Assembly (NCBI GenBank): GCA_964619465.1
Contig: CAZUES010000005.1
Location: 12,182-76,181, forward strand
Length of the DNA stretch: 64,000 bases
Reading direction: 5' to 3'
From: an uncultured Gemmatimonas sp.
GTDB taxonomy: Bacteria; Gemmatimonadota; Gemmatimonadetes; Gemmatimonadales; GWC2-71-9
Positions within the stretch are counted from its first letter, which is position 1; every line of letters starts with the position of its first letter. The translations under genes were made by a program, and so were the position numbers. The notes beneath the pieces are model-generated. The model saw only the letters and a program-made list of their open reading frames with translations, did not search any database and was not told where the DNA came from. Below, in pieces: positions 16,777-26,345 of the stretch.

Positions 16777-17156
16777 TGGCATTTGCGTATGTCGATACGT
16801 CGTGCCTCGTCGCCGTTGCGTTCGGCGAACGCGGCAGCATCACGCTGCGGCGAAAGCTGGCACAATTCGACGCCCTGCTTTCCTCTCCCCTTCTCGAAGC
16901 CGAGTTGCGCGCCACCTTCCGGCGAGAGGGCATTGCGGGAGAGCCCGCCGCGCTCGCGGCCATCTCGTGGATCGTGCCCGACCGGCCCTTGAGCCCGGAG
17001 ATCACCCGCGTGCTGGAAACCGGCTACCTCCGCGGCGCCGATTGCTGGCATTTGGCCACGGCCCTCTATCTCGTCGACGATCCCGCCAGTCTGACCTTTC
17101 TCACCCTGGACGAGCGCCAGCGCGCCGTCGCCCGGAGCCTCGGCTTCGCGGTCTGA
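16776..17156 (+). CDS. vapC: PIN-domain VapC-family toxin
   Basis: 126 aa. MAFAYVDTSCLVA carries the first acidic residue, EAEL the second, and ADCWHLATAL the third. It pairs with the antitoxin. Confidence 0.8.
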   Translation: MAFAYVDTSCLVAVAFGERGSITLRRKLAQFDALLSSPLLEAELRATFRREGIAGEPAALAAISWIVPDRPLSPEITRVLETGYLRGADCWHLATALYLVDDPASLTFLTLDERQRAVARSLGFAV

Positions 17157-17263
17157 TCCGGGCTGGTGCCGCAACCCCGGCCAGCCCCGGAAGCCATACC
17201 GCCCCCCGATTGAACCAAATTACGGGCCCGGGTGTCCAATCCGTTAACGAGCTCGGAGCGTCC

Positions 17264-17827
17264 ATGGAGCACAATCCGGAAGCGGGCCTGATAACCCGGG
17301 TCCTCGGCGGCGATCGTCTGGCCGCGAGGGAGCTCTATGACACCCATGCCCGGCGAGTATACCGAGTGATTTACCGACTGGTGGGAGACGACGTGCTGGC
17401 AGAAGAGTTCACCCAGGACACCTTCGTGAAGGTCTTCCGCGGACTGGCAGGGTTCCGGGGGCATTCCCAGCTGGGCACCTGGATCCACAGCGTCGCCGTG
17501 ACCACCACCATGAACGGGCTCCGGACCCTGCGCCGCCGTTCCACCCGCGAGTTCGCGCTGGAAACGGCGGCCGAGATGCCGGCCCCGATGCGGACGGCCG
17601 AGCCCGATCTCAAGGACCGACTGACCGCGGCAATCGATGCCCTGCCGGAAAAGTTCCGGGTTCCCGTGGTGCTGCACGACATCGAAGGTTTTACCCACGC
17701 CGAGATCTCCCGCATGCTCGGCGTACCCGAAGGAACCTGCAAGACTCGGCTGATGCACGGCCGAGCCAAGCTCAGACAGGTTCTGGCGCCATTTCGGGGC
17801 GTTGGCGGGGCGGAGGCAGTCACATGA
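17264..17827 (+). CDS. ECF-type RNA polymerase sigma factor
   Basis: Region 2 is YRLVGDDVLAEEFTQDTFVKVF. Region 4 is HDIEGFTHAEISRMLGVPEGTCKTRLMHGRAKLR. Start taken at MEHNPEAG. Confidence 0.85.
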   Translation: MEHNPEAGLITRVLGGDRLAARELYDTHARRVYRVIYRLVGDDVLAEEFTQDTFVKVFRGLAGFRGHSQLGTWIHSVAVTTTMNGLRTLRRRSTREFALETAAEMPAPMRTAEPDLKDRLTAAIDALPEKFRVPVVLHDIEGFTHAEISRMLGVPEGTCKTRLMHGRAKLRQVLAPFRGVGGAEAVT

Positions 17828-18435
17828 ACGAGCAGGAACTCGAACGCTTGCTGCGCGAAAGCGGGGATCGCTACCGGATTCCCCCCGAGCCGCGACTCGA
17901 CGCCATCTGGCGGCGGGTGGAGCACGCCACGTTCGATGCACCTCAGCCGGTTGCACCGCGGCGCTGGCTCGGCCCCCTGGCCCTGGCGGCGACCCTGGTG
18001 ATCGGGGTCGGCCTGGGCTTCGGAGCCTCACAGCTTGGCTTCGGCGCACGTGAGGCCGAGATGGCAGAGCCCATCACCATGACTGCGGCGCCGGTACCCA
18101 GCCCGTTCGTCGGTGTGGCCGGCGACTACCTGCAACAGACCAGTGCCCTGCTCGCCGCCGTGACGTACGATCCGTCCGGCGATGCCTTCATCCCGGGTGC
18201 CATCGACCGGGCGCGCGAACTGCTGTCGACCACGCGGCTCGTCCTCGATGCCGGGGTAACCGACCCGGCGCTCCGCGATCTGCTCGAAGATCTGGAACTC
18301 GTGCTGGTTCAGATCGTTCGCCTGCCGCAGAATCGCCCGGCGACCGATGCGCAACTGATCAACGAAACCCTGGACCAGCGCGACGTGATGCCGCGGCTCT
18401 CGCTGTTCCTGACCAATGCCAGTCTTGCTCCGTGA
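17824..18435 (+). CDS. putative single-pass anti-sigma factor
   Basis: An ATGA overlap links it to the sigma gene. It has one TM helix (LGPLALAATLVIGVGLGFGA). The call rests on position and topology only. Confidence 0.55.
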   Translation: MNEQELERLLRESGDRYRIPPEPRLDAIWRRVEHATFDAPQPVAPRRWLGPLALAATLVIGVGLGFGASQLGFGAREAEMAEPITMTAAPVPSPFVGVAGDYLQQTSALLAAVTYDPSGDAFIPGAIDRARELLSTTRLVLDAGVTDPALRDLLEDLELVLVQIVRLPQNRPATDAQLINETLDQRDVMPRLSLFLTNASLAP

Positions 18436-18446
18436 AGGAACCCGTC

Positions 18447-20159
18447 ATGTCTTCGATTCGAATCACCGTTCTGCTGCTCAGCCTGATGCCGCTGGGCCTG
18501 ATTGCGCAGCGACCGGCCCCCAGGCCGGCCGCGCCGCGGGCGCCAGCTGCGACACCGGCTCCGTGGCCGATTCCCGCGCCGCATGCCCCGGAGGCCTGGA
18601 AAGTTCCGGTCATCTGGGACCATGACTATGACATCTCGGTCGACTTCGACCTGGAGTTCAAGCTCAACCACGACCTGGCGCTACTCGAGTTCCATCGGGA
18701 TGAGCTGATGTCTATGGTTCCGCTCCCGCCGATGACTCCCTTGGCTCCGCTCGCGCCGATGATGCCTTTGACGAAGGAAGCGTGGGAGACGTGGACGCCA
18801 CGGTCCATGGGCTCCATCCCCATGCTTGGCAAGCAGAGCGGACCGGACGACTCCCTCTATCGCCGCGCTCGCGAAACGCTCAACCGGGGCGAGTACCGCC
18901 AGGCCGCGGAATTGCTGCGCTCGCTGACGCAGCGATATCCCAACTCGCGCCATGCCTCATCGGCGCTCTATTGGCAGGCCTTTGCGCTCTATCGTGCAGG
19001 TACCGACGCCGAGTTGCGTCGGGCCCTGGAGATCCTCGAGGAACAGCAGAAGCGGTTCACCACCCGGAAGGACGACGATGACGTCACGGCCCTGGTCACC
19101 CGGCTCGTGGCAACCCTCGCCGCCCGGGGCGACTCCCGCGCCGCCACTCGGGTGCGCGAGCGGGCAGCCCAGGGCGGACCGGCCTGCGACCAGGAGGATC
19201 TGTCGGTCCGCGCCGAAGCGCTCGCTGCGCTGGTTCAGTCCGACCCCAGCTCGGCCACCACGCTGCTGCAGCGCGTGCTGGCGCGCCGCGACGAATGTTC
19301 GGCGCCGCTCCGTCGCCGGGCCGTCTACCTGATCGGGCGCGACGGTGTCGGCGGCGGCGTCAGCCAGCTGACCGAAGTGGCCAAGAACGACCCGGACGTT
19401 TCGGTCCGGCGGGATGCCATTGCCCGCCTGGCGCAGCTGCCGGGTGGCAACCCGGTTCCCCTCCTGGAACAGCTCCTGACCAGCACCGACGAGGCGGGGC
19501 AACGCGCCATCGTTCAGTCGCTGCGCAACATCGAGGGAACCGAAACCAACCGCGCCTTGCGGCGGGTGATCGAGCGAGAAGACCTCGCAACGGCGGTCCG
19601 GGTCGAGGCCATTCGCAGTCTGGGACGTTGCTGCGGCCAGGCCCAGATCCAGGCCGCCCGCCAGGCCGGCGTGGCCGTCGCTGGTCGAGGGACGGCGGTC
19701 ACGGTCAGCACCAACCGATCGGGGTCGACGCTGACCGACGCGGACGTCACTTTTCTGCGCACCGTCTATGACCGAAGCAGCGCACGCGAGATCAAGACGG
19801 CGATACTCGAATCGGTTGCCGGATCGAGCAGCGGAGCGGCGGATCAGTGGGTCATGGGCATCGTTCGGAACAGCAACGAGGACATCCGGTACCGCCGCTC
19901 GGCGCTGCTCCGTCTTCGTCGGTCCGATGTTCCGGTAGAAGAACTGGGCAAGCTGTACGACAGCCTCGACGAGCGTGAGCTGCGCTCGACCATGGTCAGC
20001 ATTCTCGGCGCACGGGAGGAACCTGCGGCGACCGATAAGCTGATCGAGATCGCCAAGAGCGGCACCGACCCGAGCATCCGGCGGGCGGCGATCAACGTCC
20101 TGGCCAAGAAGAACGATCCCCGCACCACCCGACTCCTGCTCGAACTGGTGGAACGATGA
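18447..20159 (+). CDS. secreted TPR/HEAT-repeat protein
   Basis: Has a signal peptide (MSSIRITVLLLSLMPLGLIAQ), a Pro-rich linker, a TPR-like region (YRRARETLNRGEYRQAAELL), and repeated HEAT-like DP..VR..A...L units. The AAGGAA SD favours ATG 18447; the track start is 18432. Confidence 0.7.
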   Translation: MSSIRITVLLLSLMPLGLIAQRPAPRPAAPRAPAATPAPWPIPAPHAPEAWKVPVIWDHDYDISVDFDLEFKLNHDLALLEFHRDELMSMVPLPPMTPLAPLAPMMPLTKEAWETWTPRSMGSIPMLGKQSGPDDSLYRRARETLNRGEYRQAAELLRSLTQRYPNSRHASSALYWQAFALYRAGTDAELRRALEILEEQQKRFTTRKDDDDVTALVTRLVATLAARGDSRAATRVRERAAQGGPACDQEDLSVRAEALAALVQSDPSSATTLLQRVLARRDECSAPLRRRAVYLIGRDGVGGGVSQLTEVAKNDPDVSVRRDAIARLAQLPGGNPVPLLEQLLTSTDEAGQRAIVQSLRNIEGTETNRALRRVIEREDLATAVRVEAIRSLGRCCGQAQIQAARQAGVAVAGRGTAVTVSTNRSGSTLTDADVTFLRTVYDRSSAREIKTAILESVAGSSSGAADQWVMGIVRNSNEDIRYRRSALLRLRRSDVPVEELGKLYDSLDERELRSTMVSILGAREEPAATDKLIEIAKSGTDPSIRRAAINVLAKKNDPRTTRLLLELVER

Positions 20160-21436
20160 ACGCCTATCTCATCTCCGCATCCGCGTTGCTGCTCCTCACC
20201 GCAGCAAGCACTGTCGAGGCACAAGATCTTCGCCGCCGAGTCGAATCCGGACCGGACGGCATCGTTACCCTGAGCTACCCGGCACGTCCCGACGCCTGCG
20301 GCTACGGCCTCTCGGTCTTGAGGATCGGCAGCGCTAGCGGCGGCTGGGTCTACTCCAACGTCGAAGGGGGCGACGGCAACCGGTGCGAGGCCGGGCCGGC
20401 CATTGCGGTCATCAACCGGGCCGGCGGCGCGGTCTTCTCGATCCGGGTCGGCATCGGACCGGTTCCGACCCAGGTGCGTGGCACCGATCTGGGCACCGTG
20501 ACAGCCGCGCAGGCAGCCGAATACTTCCTGAGCCTGGCCGAACGGAGCGACGGACGCGTGGGACGGGACGCTCTGCTCGCCGGCGTCCTGGCCGACAGCC
20601 GCGATAACAGCGCGGGCCTGCTGCGGATTGCCCGCGCCACGGCACTCTCCCGCAGTCTGCGTGAGAGCGCCCTGTCGTGGCTCGGCCGCGAGCTGGCGCT
20701 CGACGGTGCCGGCGCCGATCGGGCCGTCATCGGTGCGCTAGTTGCGCTGGCCCGTAATGAGAACGAAGCATCTTCGGTGCGCACGCGAGCGGTCACCGCT
20801 CTGGGCCGAGCGGAGGGCGCTGCCACGTCGGAGCTCACCGCATTGGCCCGTGACGAATCCCGCGAAGTGGCGCGGGCGGCACTGTCCGCCCTGAGCCGCA
20901 GCCCCGACCCGAAGGCGCGCGAAACGCTCCGTCAGGCGGCGCGCGATCGGGCCCTGCCCGAAGCGGTGCGCATCGAGGCGATTCGCGGGCTGGGCGGTCG
21001 GGATGGCACTCCTGCTGAGCTGGCGTTCGTCCGGGGGCTCTGGACCGAGGAATCGCTGGGCGCGAACACTCGGCAGCGGATACTGCAATTGGCCGGAGAA
21101 GCGGGCGGCACCGAGAATACCCGCTGGCTGATGAGCGTGGTGCGCGACGAGCGTCAGACCGCCAATGTTCGGGGCCGGGCGATCCGTGCCGCGGAACAGG
21201 CAGGGGTCGGGTCGGATGAACTGGTCAAACTTTATGATCAGAGCGCCGATCGGACCATCCGGCGTGCCGTGCTCGACGCCTTGGGCCGGATCGGCGACAA
21301 GCGCGCCGTCGAACGGATCAAGACCATCGCGACCAACGACACCGACCCGCAACTCCGTCGCGCAGCAATCAATTGGATTGCCCGAAGCGGCGACACCGAC
21401 GCCCGAGCGGCGCTGGCGGATCTGGTCGAGCGCTAG
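20156..21436 (+). CDS. secreted HEAT-repeat protein
   Basis: An ATGA overlap links it to the upstream gene. It has a signal peptide (ALLLLTAASTVEAQ) and repeated HEAT-like units (SVRTRAVTALG, DPQLRRAAINWIA). Confidence 0.7.
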   Translation: MNAYLISASALLLLTAASTVEAQDLRRRVESGPDGIVTLSYPARPDACGYGLSVLRIGSASGGWVYSNVEGGDGNRCEAGPAIAVINRAGGAVFSIRVGIGPVPTQVRGTDLGTVTAAQAAEYFLSLAERSDGRVGRDALLAGVLADSRDNSAGLLRIARATALSRSLRESALSWLGRELALDGAGADRAVIGALVALARNENEASSVRTRAVTALGRAEGAATSELTALARDESREVARAALSALSRSPDPKARETLRQAARDRALPEAVRIEAIRGLGGRDGTPAELAFVRGLWTEESLGANTRQRILQLAGEAGGTENTRWLMSVVRDERQTANVRGRAIRAAEQAGVGSDELVKLYDQSADRTIRRAVLDALGRIGDKRAVERIKTIATNDTDPQLRRAAINWIARSGDTDARAALADLVER

Positions 21437-21500
21437 ACGAAAGCCGTCGGGGTATCCCGCCCTCGGAGAAGGGGCGCACTAGCGGGAAACGTCGTTGCGA

Positions 21501-24149
21501 TCAGTCGGAGCGGAGTGCGCTGAGCGGATCGATCGACGCGGCGCGCCAGGCGGGATACCAGGTCGCCAGCAGCGCGGCTACCAGCAGCACAGTGGCCGCG
21601 CCAAGAAACGCAGCCGGATCGAGGGGCGTCACCCGATAGAGCATACTACCGAGCACCCGGGTGAGGGCGGCGGCACCTGCGGCGCCGAGCAGGATCCCGG
21701 CCAGCGCAAGGCCGCCGCCCCGCCGCAGGACCAGTCCGACTACGGCATGCCGGCTTGCGCCGAACGCCATCCGCACCCCGATCTCACGAGTCCGCTCCTG
21801 TGTGGTGAAGCTCATCAAGCCGAAGAGTCCCGTCGCAGCGAGGCCCAGGGCCAGACCGGCGAAGCCCAGCAGGATCACCATCAGGAAGCGCCGTTCCCTG
21901 ACTGAGGCGCCGACGAGTTCCACCATCGTAACCTCCCGATGGAGCGGCATGCTCGGATTGATTTCTGCCATCACCTGCTTTGCTGCCAGAACCAGATCGC
22001 CGGCTCGGCCGGACCCGCGCACCAGAAAGCCATTGGCACCGTTGGGCGATTGCTGATGCGGGAGATAGACCGCAGGCCGCGCCGGCTCTGTCAGCCCAAA
22101 CCGGCGAACGTCGCCAACCACACCCACAATCTCGTGTGCCGGCTCGGCAGAGTTGGTGCCTTCGGGCACCCGGAACCTGATCCGTTTTCCAAGCGGCACT
22201 TCATCCGGGATATACCGGCGGACGAATGCCTGATTTACGATTGCCACCTGGGCCGATCCGGGCTGGTCACGCGTATCGAAATCGCGACCCCGGACGACTG
22301 GGATATCGAGCACGTCGAAGAAGCCGGGCGACACGACGGAGAAATGGACCCTGGGCGCTTGTTCGCCGGCTGAAGGCGGCGGCGCGCCGTCGACGAATAT
22401 CGTCGAATGTTCCGGACCGATCGACTCCATCAGTGGCACCGAGGACGTCATCGCCGCCGCCTGAATCGCAGGGTGATACTCGAGCCGCTCGATCACCTCC
22501 CGAACAAAGTTGATCCGCTCAGCAGGGCTGGGGTAATAGCTCCAGCTCTGCGCCACGACGACGGCAACACCGTTCGCTCGAAAGCCTCGGTCCTCCGTGA
22601 GGACTGAAGTAAAGCTACGGAGCAGGAGCCCCGCACCAACCAGAAGCATGAGCGACAGCGCAACCTGGATTACGACCAGGCCACTCTGCAATCTGCCAAG
22701 CCGCCGGCTGTGCGTGGTGCTCCGACCGCCTTCAAGCATATGGGCTTGCAACCGATGCTTGGCCACGGCAGCTGGGGCAATCGCAGTCGACATCGCTGCG
22801 ATCAGGGAAGCCGCAATCGCAAACACCAGCACCCGCCCGTCTGCTACGAGAGTGTCCGGACGCGGCATGGTAATCGGCGCCAGGCTTTTGATTGCACCAA
22901 GGATGAGATGGGCGATCCCAAAGCCAAGGCCGGCGCCGGCGACGGCAATCATCGAGCTCTCGGTAACCAGTTGCCTCGTGATGCGGCTCCGCGCGGCTCC
23001 CAACGCTTCTCGCACGACGAACTCGCGCTGCCGGCCAACCGCCCGCGCCAGCTCGAGACTCACCGCGTTGGCTACCACGATCGCGAAGACAAGTCCGACC
23101 GCGCCGAGCAAGAGCCAAAGCGCGTTTCGGGTCGGGCCTACGAGTTGCTCATGGATCGGCACCACGTTCACAGTCGAACGGGCATTGGTGGCAGGATGCT
23201 CGCGGGCCAGCGCAGCACCCAGCTCCGTCATCTCCCGCCGCGCTTGCTCCAGTGTCACACCGGGCGTCAGGCGGCCAAAGACTCGATAGAACCCGCCGGT
23301 CCGCGATCGAGTTTCCCAGCCCTGCAGAATCTTCGGAGCCCACACGACGGCATCGCTGGGGGTGGCAAATCCCGCCGGCATGACGCCAATGATGGTGTAA
23401 GGACGTTGGTCGAGAGACACCACTCGGCCCACCACATCGTGAGCGCCTCCGAATCGTTCCACCCAGACCTGGTGGCCGAGCACGACGACATCACCGCGGC
23501 CGGCGACATGTTCATCGGGCCGGGGTGCCCGACCCAGCAGGAGACGTGTGCCGAAAGTCTCGAAGAAACCCTCGTAGACGAGCCAGGCAGACAAGTGGAC
23601 CGGTCCGTCGGCGCTGGCCCAGTCGAGGCCATACGGCTCCATAGCCGTCAGGTGCTCGAAGGACCGGTTTCGTTCTCGCCAATCAAGGAAGTTGGCTGGC
23701 GCGACGTCCGCGTCGGTTCCGCTCGGGCCGCGCTGCCATACCGTCATGACCCGATCCTGGTCGGGATACGGAAGCGGTGTGAACAGGATACCATTGACCG
23801 CGCCAAAGATCGCGGCTGCCCCGCCCACGCCCAGACTCAGCGTGGAAAGCAGGACGATGGTGAAAAGCGGCCGGCGTCGGAAGCTTCGGAAACCGTGCTT
23901 TAGATCACGAACCAGATCATCGAGGGTTCCGATGCCCCGCGCATCCCGGGCCTCCTCGCGAAAACGCTGGAAGGCGCCGAAAGCCAGGCGCGCACGCCGC
24001 TGAACCTGATCCGCAGGCGTACCCTGCCGCGCCAGGTGGTCGACCTCCATCTCGAGATGAAAAGCCATCTCATCATCGAGCTCGGCATCGAGCCGGCGAC
24101 GCAACACCACTGCCCGGATACGGCGCCAAAGCTTCCGAAGCAATCTCAT
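21501..24149 (-). CDS. ADOP-type (MacB-like, duplicated FtsX) permease with an N-terminal cytoplasmic prefix domain
   Basis: 882 aa. The prefix is RRRLDAELDDEMAFHLEMEVDHL..., followed by two FtsX blocks and a C-terminal ...AASIDPLSALRSD. It starts 9 nt downstream of the PadR gene. Confidence 0.85.
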   Translation of the reverse strand: MRLLRKLWRRIRAVVLRRRLDAELDDEMAFHLEMEVDHLARQGTPADQVQRRARLAFGAFQRFREEARDARGIGTLDDLVRDLKHGFRSFRRRPLFTIVLLSTLSLGVGGAAAIFGAVNGILFTPLPYPDQDRVMTVWQRGPSGTDADVAPANFLDWRERNRSFEHLTAMEPYGLDWASADGPVHLSAWLVYEGFFETFGTRLLLGRAPRPDEHVAGRGDVVVLGHQVWVERFGGAHDVVGRVVSLDQRPYTIIGVMPAGFATPSDAVVWAPKILQGWETRSRTGGFYRVFGRLTPGVTLEQARREMTELGAALAREHPATNARSTVNVVPIHEQLVGPTRNALWLLLGAVGLVFAIVVANAVSLELARAVGRQREFVVREALGAARSRITRQLVTESSMIAVAGAGLGFGIAHLILGAIKSLAPITMPRPDTLVADGRVLVFAIAASLIAAMSTAIAPAAVAKHRLQAHMLEGGRSTTHSRRLGRLQSGLVVIQVALSLMLLVGAGLLLRSFTSVLTEDRGFRANGVAVVVAQSWSYYPSPAERINFVREVIERLEYHPAIQAAAMTSSVPLMESIGPEHSTIFVDGAPPPSAGEQAPRVHFSVVSPGFFDVLDIPVVRGRDFDTRDQPGSAQVAIVNQAFVRRYIPDEVPLGKRIRFRVPEGTNSAEPAHEIVGVVGDVRRFGLTEPARPAVYLPHQQSPNGANGFLVRGSGRAGDLVLAAKQVMAEINPSMPLHREVTMVELVGASVRERRFLMVILLGFAGLALGLAATGLFGLMSFTTQERTREIGVRMAFGASRHAVVGLVLRRGGGLALAGILLGAAGAAALTRVLGSMLYRVTPLDPAAFLGAATVLLVAALLATWYPAWRAASIDPLSALRSD

Positions 24150-24158
24150 GGCGCCAGT

Positions 24159-24485
24159 TCAAGCCAGTTGGAGAACTCGGCCGACAGCTGCCACAAACTG
24201 GTCCCAACTGGCGCGCTCGCGCTCCAATTGGCGTCGACCCGCCGGCGTGATTCGATAGAATCGCGCCCGACGGCCGGCCTCGGAAACGCCCCATTCTGAT
24301 GCCACCCACCCCTCGTCCTCGAGGCGGTGCAGCGCCGGGTAGAGCGAGCCTTGTCCGACCTGGAAGACCTCGTGCGAGACTTCCTGGAGCCGATGAGCAA
24401 CCGCCCATCCATGCATCGGCTCGGCCAGAAGCACACGAAGGATCAGAAGATCGAGCGTTCCCTGCAGTCGATCGGTAGCACCCAT
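24159..24485 (-). CDS. PadR family transcriptional regulator
   Basis: 108 aa: LDLLILRVLLAEPMHGWAVAHRL...GSLYPALHRLEDEGWV...RFYRITPAGRRQL. Confidence 0.9.
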   Translation of the reverse strand: MGATDRLQGTLDLLILRVLLAEPMHGWAVAHRLQEVSHEVFQVGQGSLYPALHRLEDEGWVASEWGVSEAGRRARFYRITPAGRRQLERERASWDQFVAAVGRVLQLA

Positions 24486-24496
24486 CGGACGGCCTT

Positions 24497-24542
24497 GTTG
24501 ACGACTGTCGACAATATGATATTCTTGTTGTCGACAGTCAAC
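24497..24542. promoter_or_regulatory. long inverted repeat (putative PadR operator and promoter; may also act as a transcript-end hairpin for the aminoacylase gene)
   Basis: GTTGACGACTGTCGACAA (24497-24514) and TTGTTGTCGACAGTCAAC (24525-24542) are near-perfect inverted copies, and each contains the palindrome TGTCGACA. On the minus strand, TTGACT plus 17 nt plus CATATT reads as a promoter about 25 nt upstream of the PadR ATG. Confidence 0.5.
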
Positions 24543-24543
24543 A

Positions 24544-26154
24544 CTACCGTCGCGTCATCGAGAGCACCTCGCCGAACTTCCCATCGGTCCACGTACCCGC
24601 ATCCAGGGCCAGCTTCCCGGCCACCAGGATCGTCTCCATACCCTCGGCCATCTGGTGCGGATCGAGATAGGTGGCACGGTCGTGCACCCGTTCGAAATCG
24701 AAGACCACGATATCCGCGATGGCGCCGGGGCGAATCACACCGCGATCGGTCAGATGCATGACCGTAGCCGGCAACGACGTCATGCTCCGAATGGCCGTGG
24801 CGAGATCGATCACCCGGCGTTCCTTGACGTAGCGATGGATCTTCCGGGGAAAGGTTCCGTTCCCGCGCGGGTGGGGCCGACCCTCCCCTGGAGCGGACAA
24901 GCCGCCGTCCGATGATGTCATGACCCACGATTGCCGCATGAAATTGGCGATGTCCGCCTCGTCCATCACGAAGTACACCAGCTGCGGACTACCGCGCTCG
25001 AGCAGGTCGGTCACCACCACCTCTGCCGGCCTCCCATACTTGGTTGCGGCATCGGCCAGCGTGAGCCCTTCGAGGCTCTGATCGAAGGTGACCCGGCTGA
25101 ACTGCATCTTGTCGGCACCGCCAAGTCGCGCGATGCCCGCGACAGCCGCTGCACGGATGCTGGCCAGCGTATCGGGGTTCCGAAGCCTTCCAAGCATTCG
25201 CTCCCGGCCGCCCTCGACCACCCAGCGCGGCAGCACATTGGCGGCAAGACTGGTGCTGGTTGCTTCGTATGGATACTGATCCGCGAAGACCTGCACACCT
25301 CGTTCGCGCGCCCGTTCGATCCGCCGGATGGCCGGCTCGGAGAGCCCGTAGGCCGCCTGCACTGCGGACTTGATATGAGTCACGATCCCGATCACGTTGG
25401 CCTCCTCGGCCACCTGGATCAGCTCGTCGATCCCTTCGAACAGCCGTTCACTTTCGTCGCGAATGTGGCTCGTATAAACCCCGCCATACTCGGCGACGAC
25501 TTTGGAGAGTTCCACGAACTCTTCCGTCTTGGCAAAGCTCGACGGCGCATAATAGGGTCCACTCGACAGCCCGAACGACCCCGCCTCCATGCCGGCTCGG
25601 ACGATGGCCCTCATCCGATCCATCTCCGCAGGCGTGGCATCGCGGGCGTCCTGCCCCACCACCTCGCTGCGCAGCGAATTGTGCGGCACCAGCAGCGCGA
25701 CATTGACGCCGAGCCCGTTGCGGGACAGCTCGGCCCGCTGAGCTACCAGGTCCGTCGGGCCGCCGCCGTCGGGATTGACCACCACGGTGGTAACCCCCTG
25801 GGCAAGCAGCTGCCGGGCGCCGCTCAGTTCGGGTCGAGCCAGACCGCCGGCGGCATGAGAATGGACATCGATGAAACCGGGCGAGACATACCGACTCGTG
25901 GCATCGATCACCCGCGCTGCCGTCGCATTGCGCAACGCCCCGACGGCAACGATCCGACCATCGCGGATCCCGACATCGGCGAGGTACCATGGATTGCCGC
26001 TACCGTCGAGCAATCGGCCGTTGCGAATCAGAACGTCGAATCGCTCGGGAGACTGCGCGTTACTTGGCGCGACTGCCAACAGCGGCAGCACGAGGAGCGC
26101 GACAACCCGAAGACCGGCAGACCGGAAGAACGAAGAACAGATAGACCCGAGCAT
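24544..26154 (-). CDS. D-aminoacylase-like amidohydrolase (N-acyl-D-amino-acid deacylase family), secreted
   Basis: Has a signal peptide after MLGSICSS, the metal-binding motif GFIDVHSHA, and DVLIRNGRLLDGSG. Start at ATG 26154. Confidence 0.8.
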   Translation of the reverse strand: MLGSICSSFFRSAGLRVVALLVLPLLAVAPSNAQSPERFDVLIRNGRLLDGSGNPWYLADVGIRDGRIVAVGALRNATAARVIDATSRYVSPGFIDVHSHAAGGLARPELSGARQLLAQGVTTVVVNPDGGGPTDLVAQRAELSRNGLGVNVALLVPHNSLRSEVVGQDARDATPAEMDRMRAIVRAGMEAGSFGLSSGPYYAPSSFAKTEEFVELSKVVAEYGGVYTSHIRDESERLFEGIDELIQVAEEANVIGIVTHIKSAVQAAYGLSEPAIRRIERARERGVQVFADQYPYEATSTSLAANVLPRWVVEGGRERMLGRLRNPDTLASIRAAAVAGIARLGGADKMQFSRVTFDQSLEGLTLADAATKYGRPAEVVVTDLLERGSPQLVYFVMDEADIANFMRQSWVMTSSDGGLSAPGEGRPHPRGNGTFPRKIHRYVKERRVIDLATAIRSMTSLPATVMHLTDRGVIRPGAIADIVVFDFERVHDRATYLDPHQMAEGMETILVAGKLALDAGTWTDGKFGEVLSMTRR

Positions 26155-26345
26155 CGAAACCCCTTGGAGCCAGTGGAAAACGCGACGCCATCGTGCCGGC
26201 ACAGCCAACCGGAAGCTGAGGGGGAATGTTCGATACGACGCCGCTCGGGCGCAATCCCGGTCAGGACCGGAATTGAGACAGTAGCCCGTGCGCAACTGAT
26301 ACAGCAAGCGCTACATTGAGATAGTCACGCAGACGGAGGTCGACC

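Noticed and set aside
17205-17245. ECF-type promoter motifs: GAACC upstream of both ECF sigma genes, at 17212-17216 and, on the minus strand, about 29130.
   Set aside because: The -35-like GAACC is present, but I could not find a CGT/GTC-type -10 at the canonical 16-17 nt spacing with any confidence, so I did not list these as features.
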